A stretch of DNA of 64,000 nt, taken from assembly GCA_040954595.2 (NCBI GenBank), contig CM082585.2, forward strand, positions 3,936,902-4,000,901, given 5' to 3'. This document shows positions 1-13,685 of this stretch, in pieces (within the stretch, counting starts at the first letter, position 1; every line of letters begins with the position of its first letter). The notes below the pieces were generated by a model. The model was not told the origin of the DNA. It saw only the letters and a program-made list of their open reading frames with translations, and ran no database searches. The position numbers and the translations under genes are program-made. This DNA comes from Balanoglossus misakiensis (lineage: Eukaryota > Animalia > Hemichordata).

Positions 1-192
1 ATCAAAGGGTCCTGGAGTGTCGAATACAATTATAGTTGAATTTCCATAGCGTGTTTTTCCGAATACAGTTGACTCCGTAACTGATGACAACGATTTCTTG
101 CTAATAAACGCCGGATAACCTAATATTGTGTTTCCTGTAGCACTCTTTCCAGTACCCGTACGCCCCACCATTGCAATACTCCAAATGGCCAT
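1..192 (-). CDS. AIG1/GIMAP-family GTPase, 5' part (gene runs off the window start); paralog A'
   Basis: 1-192 is base-for-base identical to 13051-13242; ATG at 192; encodes MAIWSIAMVGRTGTGKSATGNTILG...DTPG (G1 and G3 motifs); acceptor-like ttcaaatacAG just upstream of the ATG on the minus strand. Confidence 0.92.
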   Translation of the reverse strand, partial: MAIWSIAMVGRTGTGKSATGNTILGYPAFISKKSLSSVTESTVFGKTRYGNSTIIVFDTPGPFD

Positions 193-334
193 TGTGATGT
201 ATACTGTATTTGAACATATTTAATGTAAGAGAGATTATTATTAATCATTGCACATTGATTTAAAATACCTGAAACGGCCACATTGAAATAATTTAAAATA
301 CCAGATCTCATACATGTACAGCAACCATAATTTT

Positions 335-336
<2 letters not shown>

Positions 337-366
<30 letters not shown>

Positions 367-1165
367 CATACATACATACATACATACATACATACATACA
401 TACATACATACATACATACATACATACATACATACATACATACATACATACATACATACATACATACATACATACATACATACATACATACATACATACA
501 TACATACATACATACATACATACATACATACATACATACATACATACATACATACATACATACATACATACATACATACATACATACATACATACATACA
601 TACATACATACATACATACATACATACATACATACATACATACATACATACATACATACATACATACATACATACATACATACATACATACATACATACA
701 TACATACATACATACATACATACATACATACATACATACATACATACATACATACATACATACATACATACATACATACATACATACATACATACATACA
801 TACATACATACATACATACATACATACATACATACATACATACATACATACATACATACATACATACATACATACATACATACATACATACATACATACA
901 TACATACATACATACATACATACATACATACATACATACATACATACATACATACATACATACATACATACATACATACATACATACATACATACATACA
1001 TACATACATACATACATACATACATACATACATACATACATACATACATACATACATACATACATACATACATACATACATACATACATACATACATACA
1101 TACATACATACATACATACATACATACATACATACATACATACATACATACATACATACATACAT
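337..1165. repeat. (TACA)n microsatellite, ~829 bp, apparently perfect
   Basis: Uninterrupted tacatacata run; source of the MYVC/HTYI pseudo-ORFs. Confidence 0.99.
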
Positions 1166-1667
1166 GATGCATGCATGCATGCATTCAAACAGACAGACAA
1201 GTTTGACTTTTCAAAATACCTGTTTTCAAATGCTCTTACCGTCAATTCGAATGGACGAATGCTCCAACTGCTTTGTCGTAACTGCTAATTCTTAGAGTAG
1301 CAATACAATTAAAACAGCTGAGGTCATATCATGTGATAGTGTAGTCCACCATTTGCATAAGCCAATCAGCGGCAGGTTTACGTAAACAAAACAGTCGGCT
1401 TCAATTTTCAATACCAGATCCAGTGTTTTCAATGTGATACTCAGCCTGCGTTTACGACTTCTCCAAAGGGGCAACGGATTCCTAACACATGTTGTTTTCC
1501 AATCTTTTACGGAAAACCATTCTCTTGTTTTATTACGGAATGGTCGATTTTAACCAGGAATGGATTCCTTATAAAGAGGCAGGACGGGGGAGGGGGTTAC
1601 AGGTGATCCTCTCTCGAGAGGTTTGTTGGTGTTTGTCAGATAGTACGTTTTTAAAAGACAATTTGCA

Positions 1668-3251
1668 AGGGGAAAATGTTTCGTATTTTAAAATCCATGT
1701 ATTCCAATATTAAGTCGTGTGTCAGAGCTGGCCACTATTTTGATTGCCCTGCTGGGGCCAGGCAGGGATGTATCCTAAGCCCTATATTATTCAGTTTCTT
1801 TATAGAAGAACTTAACTCCATGTACATGTCAGCTGGTATTATGGGTGTTCAACTTACCCAAGAATTGTATGACCTTTTCTGTTTATTATACGCAGATGAT
1901 ATCGTCATTTTTGCTGATTCTATTAGAAATAGCCCTCTTTTGCACTAAATGGCGTATGCAGATCAATCTCGATAAAACAAAGGTAATGATATTTCGTAAA
2001 GGTGGACATCGTTCGCGATGGGAGAAATGGCATTTTAATGGATCTGCGATTGAGATTGTTTCTTATTATAAGTACCTTGGTCTTCTCCTTTCCTCACGAA
2101 ATTCATGGTCCAAAGCAGTTTGCACCTTAGCCAATCAAGCAAACAAAGCCTTAACTTCACTCTCAGTCGCAAGGTGGAAACTTGGCCACTTTGATTTCAA
2201 TGTTCATTTTAAACTGTTTGATGTGCTTATTCTGCCAATCCTTTGTTCTGGTTGAGAAGTCTGGGGCCATCAATATTTTGATGATATAGAGAAAATTCAA
2301 AGGAATTGGTGCAGAAGAATATTGGGTTTACCTAAGAATGCGACAAATGAAGCTGTACTAGGAGAATGTGGGCGCTTCCCTATTTATTATTACACTCTGA
2401 AACGTTGTATTAGTTTTTGGTTAAAGCTGTTAGAAATGCCCAATGACAGAGTTCCGAAGTAAGCGTATATTATGTTATGTAATTTGGACTGTATTGGCAG
2501 ACGTACTTGGGCGTCATGTATAAAGGATATTCTGTTCTCATTTGGGCTGGGTTTTGCATGGGTTGCTCAGGAAGTGGGCAACAAGCAATTATTTCTGTCG
2601 ACATTCCAACTAAGAGTGCAGGATATTTTTAGACAACAATGGAGACAACATGGCATTGAAACCAAAAACTTCGTACTTACATTCAATTCAAGAGTATCTT
2701 AGAACCTGAAAAATATCTTTCCATTCAGTGTCACCACAATGTTATCCAAATGTATTCACGTTTTCGGTGTTCTTAACTTCCTCTCGCTATAGAGGAAGGC
2801 AGAAGACACCACATTGACCCAGCAGACAGACATTGTAAATTTTGTAACACCAAAGCAGTTGAAGATGAGTACCACTTTCTAGTAATTTGTCCACTGTATA
2901 ACAATCTCAGAGTACGATACTTACCGAAGGATCTGTTTTTAGAGCCATACTTTCATAAGTTTATCAATGTAATGAACACAAACGATTCAGATACCATATT
3001 CATGCTTTGTAATTTTGTTTATAGAGCAGTCAAGCTCAGAGAAAGAGCCGACGCAAATGTATTACATTTTCACTACTGATTTGTATACTTTTCCCACTGT
3101 ACCTTACTTCCGTTTTCAGATCCACGAGGTATTTGTAATATTTTTTATTTTTTTTATATTTTTTTTATGAAGTAATGGAAACACTGAATGTAACCCCCCT
3201 TTGCACATAGGCCGGAGGCCTTGAAACGCAAATAAAGCATTATTATTATTA
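1668..3251 (+). mobile_element. 5'-truncated, disrupted non-LTR retrotransposon (RTEX/RTE-X-like)
   Basis: RT motifs GARQGCILSPILF, LLYADDIVIF, YKYLG; C-terminal CKFC..EDEYHF..CPLY Zn knuckle (~2830-2900); 3' AATAAA plus (ATT)n tail; 17-bp TSD ttaaaagacaatttgca (1651-1667) / ttaaaaggcaatttgca (3252-3268); empty site at ~14170-14185; frameshifts and stops. Confidence 0.88.
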
Positions 3252-3574
3252 TTAAAAGGCAATTTGCATATTTGAATTTTGGGACAATATTTTGAAGAAA
3301 AAAAAATCTCCGAATCTGAATTTTTGACAAATGTTGCATTACAATATTTCACGGCATCGTAATTTTTGCCTGCTATTCTGTAAAGTTTGCCCTTGTCTCA
3401 AGGTAAGGTTGCCATTTAATTCTGAAGAAGTTGCTTGTTAATACTGCAAATTATCCCGGCGGAACTGTTTTGGTGGGTAGATAGCTTGTCTTATGAATAT
3501 GTTACAAATTAAAATGATGCTCTTGACTAGTCTTGTATCCTTGTCACGTACCACATTTTGACAGGGTTAGTCTG

Positions 3575-3900
3575 GTCTTACGATAAATTACCATTGTGAC
3601 AATAGACCATGATATCCTTTGATATATTGTGTAGAAATGAAACGAACAAACACTTCAATGTACCTGTCACTGTTTTACGTCTGACGATTGTCTTCGGCCA
3701 GTGCCCATGGCAGCGCATAAATATTTACTTCTACAGTCTGTTAGTTTTACGATAAATTACCATTGCAACAAAAGACCATGATAAACTTTGTCACTGGGTA
3801 TAGAAATGAAACGAACAAACACTTCAACGTACCTGTCACAGCGTGGCGTCTGGCGTTTATTTACGGACAGTGCCCATGGTAATGCATAAATATTTACTTA
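3575..3900. repeat. Local ~165-bp module, two tandem copies here; others at ~8507-8677, ~9712-9868, ~14450-14748 (x2), ~20800-21110 (x2)
   Basis: Recurrent text ttacgataaattaccattg..agaccatgata..tagaaatgaaacgaacaaacacttcaa(t/c)gtacctgtcac..cgtctg..gcccatgg..gcataaatatttactt. Confidence 0.85.
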
Positions 3901-4052
3901 TATCCTTTTAACCGTTTCGAACAAGTTGTTTGGCTAAAAGCGAAAACTCAAGAAAAAAAGACGGTAAACTATGTTTATCTGCACACATCAGTATCGTAAC
4001 ACCAACTTAAAAAAATATTTTATTGAAAATCAACCATCACCAGTACCCACAA

Positions 4053-6614
4053 TAGTGGAGCGGCCAAACCCCGATTTTCATATGGATTGTGCATTTTGTG
4101 ATAAAAGCACCAAACTTGGCTCAGATGTGTGTTACTGTGTACTAAGCAAATTCAGATAGCGAGCCACTTAATATCTGTTAACGGGTAGCCATGGCAACCA
4201 TTTTTCAAAATGGCCGCCACTACATTTATCTTACCCACAAAATAACGACTAAAACCACCAAGGTAATTTCAGAGTATGATATTTGGAACTAGAAACTATA
4301 GAAAGGGTGATTTGCAAAATATTTGTGGTCACCAAAATGGTTATAAATACATAATGAAGGATAAAATACAGTTTAACGTCTACAGTGGAGCGGCATGACA
4401 GATCAATTGTGTATTTGTGTTAAAAGCACCAAACTTGGCTCAGATGTTTGTTAATGTGTACTAAACAAATTCAGATAGCGAGCCACAATATCTGTTGATG
4501 AGTTTTTTCACAAATGGCCGTCAATACAGATAATCTCACCCACAAAATAACAATTATAAAACACCACAAAACTGCTCAAAGGGTAATTTTCAAATATTAA
4601 ACATCACTAAACTAGTCATAGGGGTAAATACAGGATCGAGATTCAGTCGCTAGAGAAATTCAAGTTTGGGAATAACCGCGGTTACAACAAACTTAGTTAA
4701 AACACTGTATAACCATAGATATATTATAATAGTGGCCTGGCATAAACAAAATTTTCATAACATTTGTGCATTTTGTGATAAAAGTTTAACAAGTAAAGCT
4801 CAGTTGATTTGTTATTTTCCCCATAAAAATATCTTTGACGAACAAAATTCCAAATTTAGTCAACCCAGGAAAAAACGGCATCTTGTTTCTCAACCTTAGA
4901 AATTGATCTGACCAGTTTGAATCAGTGCAGAATCTGGCTTTTCTATTTTATCTTCATCAAATGATTCATGCAAATAAAGAATCACTTCCCCATAAAATGG
5001 TGGCAGAAAGTCAATATCAGGACAGTCGATTGGTTTGTTAAAGTTTCTATAGAAACTAACTATGTCTAGGTTGCATGTACATAGATAGATGTTAGGAATC
5101 AAAATCAAAATCTGTTTCAAACTATTCATCCAATACTTGTCCTTCGGAATGCGTTTTGATGAAGTTGCTTAAGTGCTTTGTCGCTTAAGTGCTCAAGTTA
5201 TCGAAAATTTTAATCGAACCTTGATGATAGTCATCCGTTCTATTTTGACATGTTATTTTGTGTATTTTTGAACCCCAAAATCAAAGAATAAAATGATAAA
5301 GTGTAATTAAGCTTCAAAACACAAAAAGTCTTCAGGATCACAACTTTACTGTAAAGAGTAAGATTTCGCTTACTTCATGCTATTAAATGAAATGAAGCTT
5401 TCCGTAATATCTCTTGCAAAGTCAGATCTTTACACATTGAGATATTAGAATGGAAGTACATTCCAAGTGACTTGTTGTGAGCATCGGGCCACCTAATCCC
5501 AGAAAATTGCAATAAGACCCGCTTTTCCATTTACCAATCTAAAGGCCAACTGCTTGTATATTTAGTTGGGTTTCTTTAATTAACACACATTTTTGACAAT
5601 ATTCATGGCATGATGAACACTATTCTCGACAAATAAAATAATGTTGTGTCCTCCGGTGTAATTTTTATTAGTTTGGAATCAGACACGATTTATCTTTTGG
5701 TCAACTCTGTTAACAGTCGCCAAAATTGCTGGAGTCGAACTGATACATGATCTAAAGTATCAAGACATATGGTCGATTATTAACGTTTCAGCAGTTCGAC
5801 TTAAGTTTCTTTAATTTCCTATGGCATTTTGACAAACATCAATGCCCCGAAAAAAGTTTTCAACGCTGTGGTCGCTATTGTGGTCTAAACAAAGCCGACA
5901 TTTTCGCATGGTTCGTTACCCGGGGTACATTTAGATTGCATTGCGTTTGAGGCCCTATGTGTATGTATGTCTACCAATAAACGCGTCAACCGCGGAGTCA
6001 GTTTGGATCAACGTCTATTTCGGGCAGTGGACTCTGTCAAGTTGATAAGGAAATTTTACTAGTCACGAGTAAGCCAAGCCCACATCCGCGTGCAATTCGA
6101 ATATATCGGTGATCTGTTTATATGATTATCATTAGCTAAGGTGGTAAACTGTTCTGATTCATATGTGTAATTTACGTACTGCAAGTTAAATATCGCAATT
6201 AGCCTAATGTTTGACCATAGACAGTATAGTTTGACTTATAGAGGAGCACCTATTAATCCGAGAACAAAGGGATTAACAGTTGCGCCTTTAAATTGTGTTT
6301 TGATAACTTACCTACCCCTATAAGTAGTTTAGTAACCATAATATCTTTGCAAATTATTCTTCCCGCAGTTCCTTGTATCAAATACAGTAGTCCACATTTA
6401 TTTCGGTGTTTACAGATGTTATTTGGTGGGTGAAATTATCTGTATTGGCGGCCATTTTGAAAAAAATGGTTGCCATGGAAACTCATCAACAGATATTTAG
6501 TGGCTCGCTATCTGAATTTGTTTAGTACACATTAACACACATCTGAGCCAAGTTTGGTGCTTTTATCACAAAATGCACAATCCATATAAAAATCGGGGTT
6601 TGGCCGCTCCACTA
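4053..6614. mobile_element. Non-autonomous Academ-like DNA transposon, ~190-bp TIRs
   Basis: Termini TAGTGGAGCGGCCAAACCCCGATTTT...AAAATCGGGGTTTGGCCGCTCCACTA; 3-bp TSD CAA; empty site ccaCAAtat at ~14900; TAG..CTA ends with a 3-4-bp TSD match Academ; degenerate TIR copies at 4383 and 4730. Confidence 0.8.
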
Positions 6615-6876
6615 CAATATCTCTTGTCTCAATACTGAGCGTATTCATCAAGTTCATCTCTCAAAATAGAGAAAGGAGTGGGGGGGGGGGGGGAGTACGC
6701 TTTAATATTCTCTATCGAGCTTGAATATTCTTTACCTGTTGGGTCAATTTAAAAAAAAAAACAGACACAAGATAGAAGACAAAGACAAACAGCAGTCAGA
6801 TACCCTAAGTCTCCTTACAAAATACTTGTAATCTTGTCACCTGATACCATCGACATTATTAGTTCAACACACAGAT

Positions 6877-7570
6877 TTACATGGGAGATTTAAACAACAA
6901 AATCTTTCCATTTATTGCTTTTCTTTTGGAGATAAACAATTCCATCTTTTGGACATAACTAACTTCTGTTCTAAGTAAAGAAAAATTGGGTAATTCCTTC
7001 TTTAGTTTATATTTATAGATACACATCTTATACGATATAACAATCTGATTCAAAAGAGGTGACCAGTTTTTTCCCCCAAGTATTATCTGTTTTGGGGTTG
7101 GGTCAAGTGGACATTTTAAAATCTTGTGCCATAAAGTATACATTTCAGCCCATAACTTTTTAACGAAATCTCAATTCTTAATTATGTGTACTAATGTTTC
7201 TGGTGCATCTTGACAAAAAGAACACAAGTTTGAGTTTACCAATGGATATTTCATCCTATATAACATTGTATTTGTGAAAAGAATACTATGGTTAATTTTC
7301 TATTGGAATTCACGATATTTACTGAAAATAGTGACTCTAAAAGGCAAATTATAAATAAATTTCCAATCCATGTCTTCATTAAAAAGTTGTTCAAAACATC
7401 TGACTTTTGGGCACAAGAAAAAAGCGTTTACAGACGATGTTTCTTAGCTGTTTAGTAGTCGATTGTTACAATGGATATGACTTCTCCTTACAATAAAGTG
7501 AAACAGTGATAACTGGTCTTACATATTCTGGTTTCAGAATTTCCAATTTGAAGGTAAAGAAGAAATTAAC
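6877..7570 (-). mobile_element. Degenerate L1/Tx1-type LINE ORF2 C-terminal fragment
   Basis: Minus strand reads KYREFQ*KINHSILFTN..CSFC..ETLVHI (zf-RVT-like) then LLNQIVISYKMCIYKYK..PNF..KMELFISK; left boundary approximate. Confidence 0.75.
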
Positions 7571-7640
7571 ACCAACTTCTTAATAGAAGAAATAATCACA
7601 AAATGATGTTTTTTTCTTACATCGTCTCAAAAAACCCGCA

Positions 7641-7770
7641 TCCCTCCCTCCCTCCCTCCCTCTCTCTCTCCCTCTCTCTCTCTCCCTCCCTCTCCCTCCC
7701 TCCCTCTCCCCCTCCCTCCCTCTCTCTCTCTCCCTCCCTGTCTCTCCCTCTCTCTGTCTCTCTGTCTGTC

Positions 7771-7824
<54 letters not shown>
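7641..7824. repeat. Polypyrimidine (CT)n/(CCCT)n microsatellite
   Basis: Seen directly. Confidence 0.97.
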
Positions 7825-7827
<3 letters not shown>

Positions 7828-9590
7828 AGTTTGTGAATAAACATTGGGTCAAAATGAGAGCAATAAGTACAAAAAATGTCAAGAGAGGATGTCACCATAA
7901 AGAGGCGGGAGGGTGGGAGCAATTTTTCAGGTGATCCTCTCCAATGCCGTCTGATGTGGTTTATTAGCTAGTTTAAAAGAAGCAATTTGCGCATTTTATC
8001 TGTCGCGTTTAAAAAAAATAAGAACCTCGAATCTCCTTCTTTATTGTCTTTAAAATTGGTATGCACGGGCCCACAGGGGTGACATTTGTTTAAATCATAA
8101 CTAAATCAGATGCTGTAAAATTGTATTTTTTAAAGCATTATGGTAAAAAAAAGACTTCAAAAGTAATCTTTTAAAACGTGTGTGTCTATTATAATTGTTG
8201 TGAAATTTGTTGTGAAGGTCCCTGTGGGAATCTAAGTCATATTTGTTGAAATATTGACAAATTTAACATTACTATATATTTACGGCATGATTTTTTCCTG
8301 TTTACCTGTACTGTCAAGTTTGTCTCGAGAAAAGTGCGCTAATTAATTCTGAAGCAGTTACTTTGTTCATAATTCTAAGTACCACGACGAATCTGTATCG
8401 GCCGCTAGGTCGCTTGTTTTAGGTATGTACGGAATTTAATTTGTGTTATTGACTTTTCTGGTGTCTTAGTCACGAACAACATGTTACATGTTGACATAGT
8501 CAGTTTGGTCTTACGACGAAAAGATTGAATTACATGTATCATTGTAAGAATTTACCATGATAACTTTATGGTGCAGGGTGATAGAAATGTAAGGGACAAA
8601 CACTTCAATTACCTGTCACAACGTGACGTTTGACAATTATTTCTAGACAGCATGTAAGCGCATAAATATTTACTTATCCGTTCAAGCCTTTTCGAAATAA
8701 TGCTTAACTCAAAACAGGATATATTATTTTAAAATTGAAATGGTGTCACGTTAGATTGTTTAGAGCCAGAGTTTCTCAGCTATTTTGATAACACATGACT
8801 TTTAACTACGCCATGATGGCGCATAATTTTTAAGTCCGTGACGTTAAAGTAAAGCAACCAAATGAATGAAATTTGGGTAGATGGATGGATGGATAATTTA
8901 AGAGTAACTGACCAAATGCACGTGCGGCATCAGACATGTGTCGGATGAGAGCGTCGAAAATATATACCTATCTGATTAACCCTTTCGAACTAATTGTTTT
9001 ACAAAACCCCAAACGTAAAGAAAAAAAGGCGCAAATCTATGTTCATCTGGTCACGGAAATATAAAATCATAACACCAACCTCTCAAAATAAGCCAATAAT
9101 CACAAAAGTGGTGTTTTTTCCCGACAGAAAAATATTGTAATTATCGTTTAACATATGGTGACAAGGGAAGCGATACTTACAGAGTAAATCGTTTCAGGAA
9201 ACCTGCATCTAGATTGGAGACATTCTCCGTACATAGATTGTAGCGCGTGGATAATTCTAATCTAGTGGGGGGGGGGGGGGGGGGTCTGACTACCTGCTAT
9301 TAATCTCTGCCACAGGCAAAATTTGAATATTCCGAACAGTCTTGTGCGTGCACGCGCACAGTTGGTTTAAACGTCGATTCTTCTCCAAAATAAATCACTT
9401 GCTGTACCCCAGTGAAAAATATTCCGTGTTTCGAATGTTCTTGCCATCCCCACTTTTTTGGTTTTAACGTCACTTATCGCCATTATCGGCCACAACGCCA
9501 ACAACTTCTTCTGCAAAACTTACGACAATGGGGAAGCTGTTATGAAATGTTGAATCGCCTTTCATGTAACCCGGTAGAGGAACTTTGTGG

Positions 9591-9591
<1 letters not shown>

Positions 9592-9637
<46 letters not shown>
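9592..9637. repeat. (ATC)n microsatellite
   Basis: Seen directly. Confidence 0.95.
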
Positions 9638-10239
9638 ATTTTACGAATTCCAAATGTTGCTTTTTACTTATTTGTTATCTTAGTCACGAAGCACGCTTTG
9701 ACACAATCTGTTAGTCTTACAATAAATTACCATTGTAACAAAAGACCATGATAACCTGTGATACTGGGTATAGAAATAAAATGAAGAAACACTTCAATGT
9801 ACCTGTACCTGATTAGCGTCTGATGATTGTCTCGGAGAATGCCCATGGTAGCGCATAAAAATTTACTGGTACTTTTAACCTTTTAAGAATATTTGTTTTG
9901 GAACAAGTATAACACAAGAGAACGGGACGCAAATCAATGTTGCCCCAATGAAGTAAAAAGTAAATGATACTATGAGGTTATTACGAAAATACCGCAAAGT
10001 TTGCACGAGGACATTTTTTTATTCAATTTTGTTTTTAATTTATTTTCGTTTTATTTTCATTTTATTTTGTTTTCTTTTCTTTTCAATTTTGTTTTATTCA
10101 ATTTTGTTTATAATTTCTTTTCATTTTCTTTTCAAACAAAAACACACAAACAAACAAAAACACAAACAAAAACACACAAACTATAGATATATTTATGCAT
10201 TTTAACAGAGGCAGCGATGGGCCGCCATACAGATGTATA

Positions 10240-10965
10240 ATAATATGACAGAACTTCATGACCTGTGCAGGCGATCTGTGCCGTACAGAAGTTATTTTCA
10301 TGAGTGATGCGTAGTATTCTGCCGTATTTCACTCATGAAAATAACTTCTGTACGGTACAGATCGCACGCAGAGGTCATGCAGTTCTGTTATTATTGCATA
10401 TTGCATTATTGTTTTCACAGATTTGACGGAAATCGGAGTTTCGATCGCGGCGTATTGATTTTCATTACAGTGATGCGTCAGAGGCTATGCAACTCAGAGA
10501 TAGCAGCTCATTGGACAAAATGATGCAACCTTTGTTATGCAAAGTAGGGTCAAGTCGGGTCTTTTCATCGGTGATTCAGCTGAGGTCGCGAGATCGCAGC
10601 GGTAAATTTTGAAAATACTGGCGATTACGAGTTTTTTTCGCAATTTTTGAGGTTCCAAAACAAACTGACAATCAAATGGTCAGTAACTCTGTCAATATTT
10701 GAGAGAGATATTAAAAGAACGTGCAAGAAAGTTAAAAAATGTCCACGTTTCGGCGATCATGTTTGGTCATTCATCAGTGGTTTACCTGAGGTCGCGAGAT
10801 CGCAGCAATAAATTTTGAAACACTGGCAATAGCAAGAGATTTTCGCAATTTTTGACGTTCCCAAACATACTGACTATTAAATGTTTTATTATTCTGACAA
10901 AAATTGGGAAGGATAATTAAATGACGTGCCAGAATGTTATAAAACCCCGTATTTCGGCGATCATA
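10240..10965. mobile_element. Hairpin-bearing non-autonomous element: ~155-bp palindrome (10240-10395) plus two ~208-bp direct repeats (~10563 and ~10771)
   Basis: cagaacttcatgacc..ccgtacagaagttattttcatgagtga / tcactcatgaaaataacttctgtacgg..ggtcatgcagttctg; ctgaggtcgcgagatcgcagc occurs twice. A half-hairpin matching 48058-48102 lies at ~9971-10017. Confidence 0.6.
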
Positions 10966-12501
10966 GTTAGCTGTAGCGTTCTTCGCTTTCGATGTTTACA
11001 AACAGAACGTAGTCCCACTTGTTTACTCATTTGCATAAATAGCCATGAAATACCAACAAAAATAATTTAATGGACACATGGCTAATTTGCATAGTTATTT
11101 CATGGCTTTAATACTCTCAATTCACTCTATATGTAAGGTTTGACATGTTATACGCGGGGTTTGATATAAATATCAAGAACAAAACTAACCAAGTGTCAAA
11201 TATAATTTTCTTGTCAAATGATCCGAAAATGTAATTTTGAAAGGGATTATTTTTCTTCATTCTCACAGTAATGAGAGGCAATACCAAAGTTATGTAGTAG
11301 TGAAACACAGATTAATCTGCAATACATATGCAATAAAGACATTTTATTGCATGGTCATTTCTTCAATAATTTAAACAAGTACATGCATTCTATCTGAAAG
11401 CTATTGCCAGACGTTAAAAACGAAAAGAAGGAAACGTAGTAACATCAATTTAGCATTTATAAACACACAACTTTGGCAATGTCGTTGAAAAGAATCCTCA
11501 GATATTACGTACTGAATGATCTTAAAATAAATACTTAATTGCGTGTCATCTCATGGTTACGTTTACGAAATAACATATTGCTGAATTGTAAGTAACGCTG
11601 TACATCATTGCAATAAAGGTCATCATATTGAATTCGTAACGTCTGAATACTTGGGGATGAACAACAAAACAATAATTTTAAAAATTGTCTATTCCAAAAA
11701 CGAAACTGTGAGATCAATTGTAAAGACTATAATATGCTACGTATGAGCGAATGGTTAGTGGGCTCATCCAGATATTGTTTTTCTGTATATAAACTTTTTA
11801 AGCATCAATCGAGATGTGTAAGAAGTATGAATCTACAGCACTAAATTTTACTCAAACACAATAAATAAAAAATTCGTACCGTGAAACACATTGCAACCAT
11901 CTTAAACCTTTGAGATTGATATCTCCAGTAAATGTTTCCTTCATTTCGGCGCAAAATTTTACTGTATATGCTGATACAGTCATAGTAGATTTCTGACACG
12001 AAATTATTTTTACAATTGATAACTTCAGTACTAACTATTATATAGAAGCCACGCTGGCAAAAATATAACGGGTCTGACGATTTTAAATCAAAACCTGACT
12101 ACTAGGTTTCAAATCTGGTAGGACGTTCTTAAAATTCGGTCGACGCAAACACAGAGACAGCCATTTTGAGACCCGGAAGCCAAATATGACCGCCCAGCCG
12201 CCATATTGGATTGCATCATGAATTACATAAAAATGTATATGAACACCACTGTATATTTTTCCTGTATTATGTTAATGGAATTGAATTAAACATGTAGAGA
12301 AATGTAATTCGATATCCTGTGAACCATACTGCATCGCATCACAACATCACAAACCATATTCTCGCTCAGGCGTTCAAATAGTTTTTTGTTCTGAATTTTA
12401 ATGAATTTTGTTTGTACATAAAAAGAAACATCTCAGACTGAATAGAGCCCAAATCACACAACTCTCGATTGTTGAAAATTGTCATTTTCTGTTACACAGT
12501 T

Positions 12502-13242
12502 CTACAAAATGTGACAGAAAGAAGATGACTCCTGATTCTCCACACGCGTTGTATGTTCCGGGTTCCTGTATATGTCGAGTGGGTCTTCTGGTGGGGTATA
12601 TAAGCTGTAAGCGTAGTCAGGCTGTAGTAAACGGGTCGGTTTTCTCTTCAGTGAGGTATACCCGCGCTGCCGACTTGCACTTGTTACCATATCAAATAAT
12701 CGTTGGACTTGATCATGTGATTTGGTTCTATTGTTAAAAGCAACTAAACGTTGATCGCATTCATAAAGCAACCGCTTAAAATGGATTGGAATTGTACTCA
12801 AATATTCTCTCAGTGTAATACCATCTTCGATTAGTATGTCAACTCTTGTTAATACAACGATGAGGAATTGCATCATATCATCACCAAATACCGACTTTAA
12901 CATTTCGACGGTATCTACGCTTTCTTGTGTGAAACGGTCATCGGCACTGATGACAAGGCAAATAGCATCAATACCATCTCCCATTTCCTCAGCCAGGTCA
13001 ACTGATTTACCGATCTCTGACAACACGTACCGTCTGTCGTAACTTCGTGTATCAAAGGGTCCTGGAGTGTCGAATACAATTATAGTTGAATTTCCATAGC
13101 GTGTTTTTCCGAATACAGTTGACTCCGTAACTGATGACAACGATTTCTTGCTAATAAACGCCGGATAACCTAATATTGTGTTTCCTGTAGCACTCTTTCC
13201 AGTACCCGTACGCCCCACCATTGCAATACTCCAAATGGCCAT
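12502..13242 (-). CDS. AIG1/GIMAP-family GTPase (246 aa) ending in CaaX CHIL; paralog A
   Basis: G1 GRTGTGKSATGNTILG, G2 SVT, G3 DTPG, conserved box DRFTQE, G4 TRVD, G5 FNN; single coding exon; ends SSFCHIL*. Confidence 0.95.
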   Translation of the reverse strand: MAIWSIAMVGRTGTGKSATGNTILGYPAFISKKSLSSVTESTVFGKTRYGNSTIIVFDTPGPFDTRSYDRRYVLSEIGKSVDLAEEMGDGIDAICLVISADDRFTQESVDTVEMLKSVFGDDMMQFLIVVLTRVDILIEDGITLREYLSTIPIHFKRLLYECDQRLVAFNNRTKSHDQVQRLFDMVTSASRQRGYTSLKRKPTRLLQPDYAYSLYTPPEDPLDIYRNPEHTTRVENQESSSFCHIL

Positions 13243-13378
13243 TGTGATTAATACTGTATTCGAACATATTTAATTTAAGAGAGACTATAGTTAATCATTG
13301 CACATTGATTTAAAATACCTGAAACGGCCACATTGAAATAATTTAAAATACCAGATCTCATACAGCAACCATAATTTT

Positions 13379-13380
<2 letters not shown>

Positions 13381-13410
<30 letters not shown>

Positions 13411-13685
13411 CATACATACATACATACATACATACATACATACATACATACATACATACATACATACATACATACATACATACATACATACATACATACA
13501 TACATACATACATACATACATACATACATACATACATACATACATACATACATACATACATACATACATACATACATACATACATACATACATACATACA
13601 TACATACATACATACATACATACATACATACATACATACATACATACATACATACATACATACATACATACATACATACATACAT
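13381..13685. repeat. (TACA)n microsatellite, ~305 bp
   Basis: Same position as 337-1165 with near-identical flanks. Confidence 0.99.

Larger units (their letters stand above)
1..7620. repeat. Segmental duplication copy A (collinear with 13051-~20460)
   Basis: Collinear blocks 1-1667~13051-14185, 3252-4052~14170-14905, 6615-7040~14903-15366, 7038-7620~19875-20460. The copies differ by three TE insertions, TACA array length and scattered substitutions. Confidence 0.9.

Noticed and set aside
241-1288. Long MYVC/HTYI ORFs (also 13291-13765 and 58526-58954)
   Set aside because: Stop-free translation of (TACA)n microsatellites.
7603-7922. SL/ER-repeat ORFs
   Set aside because: Translation of a (CT)n microsatellite.
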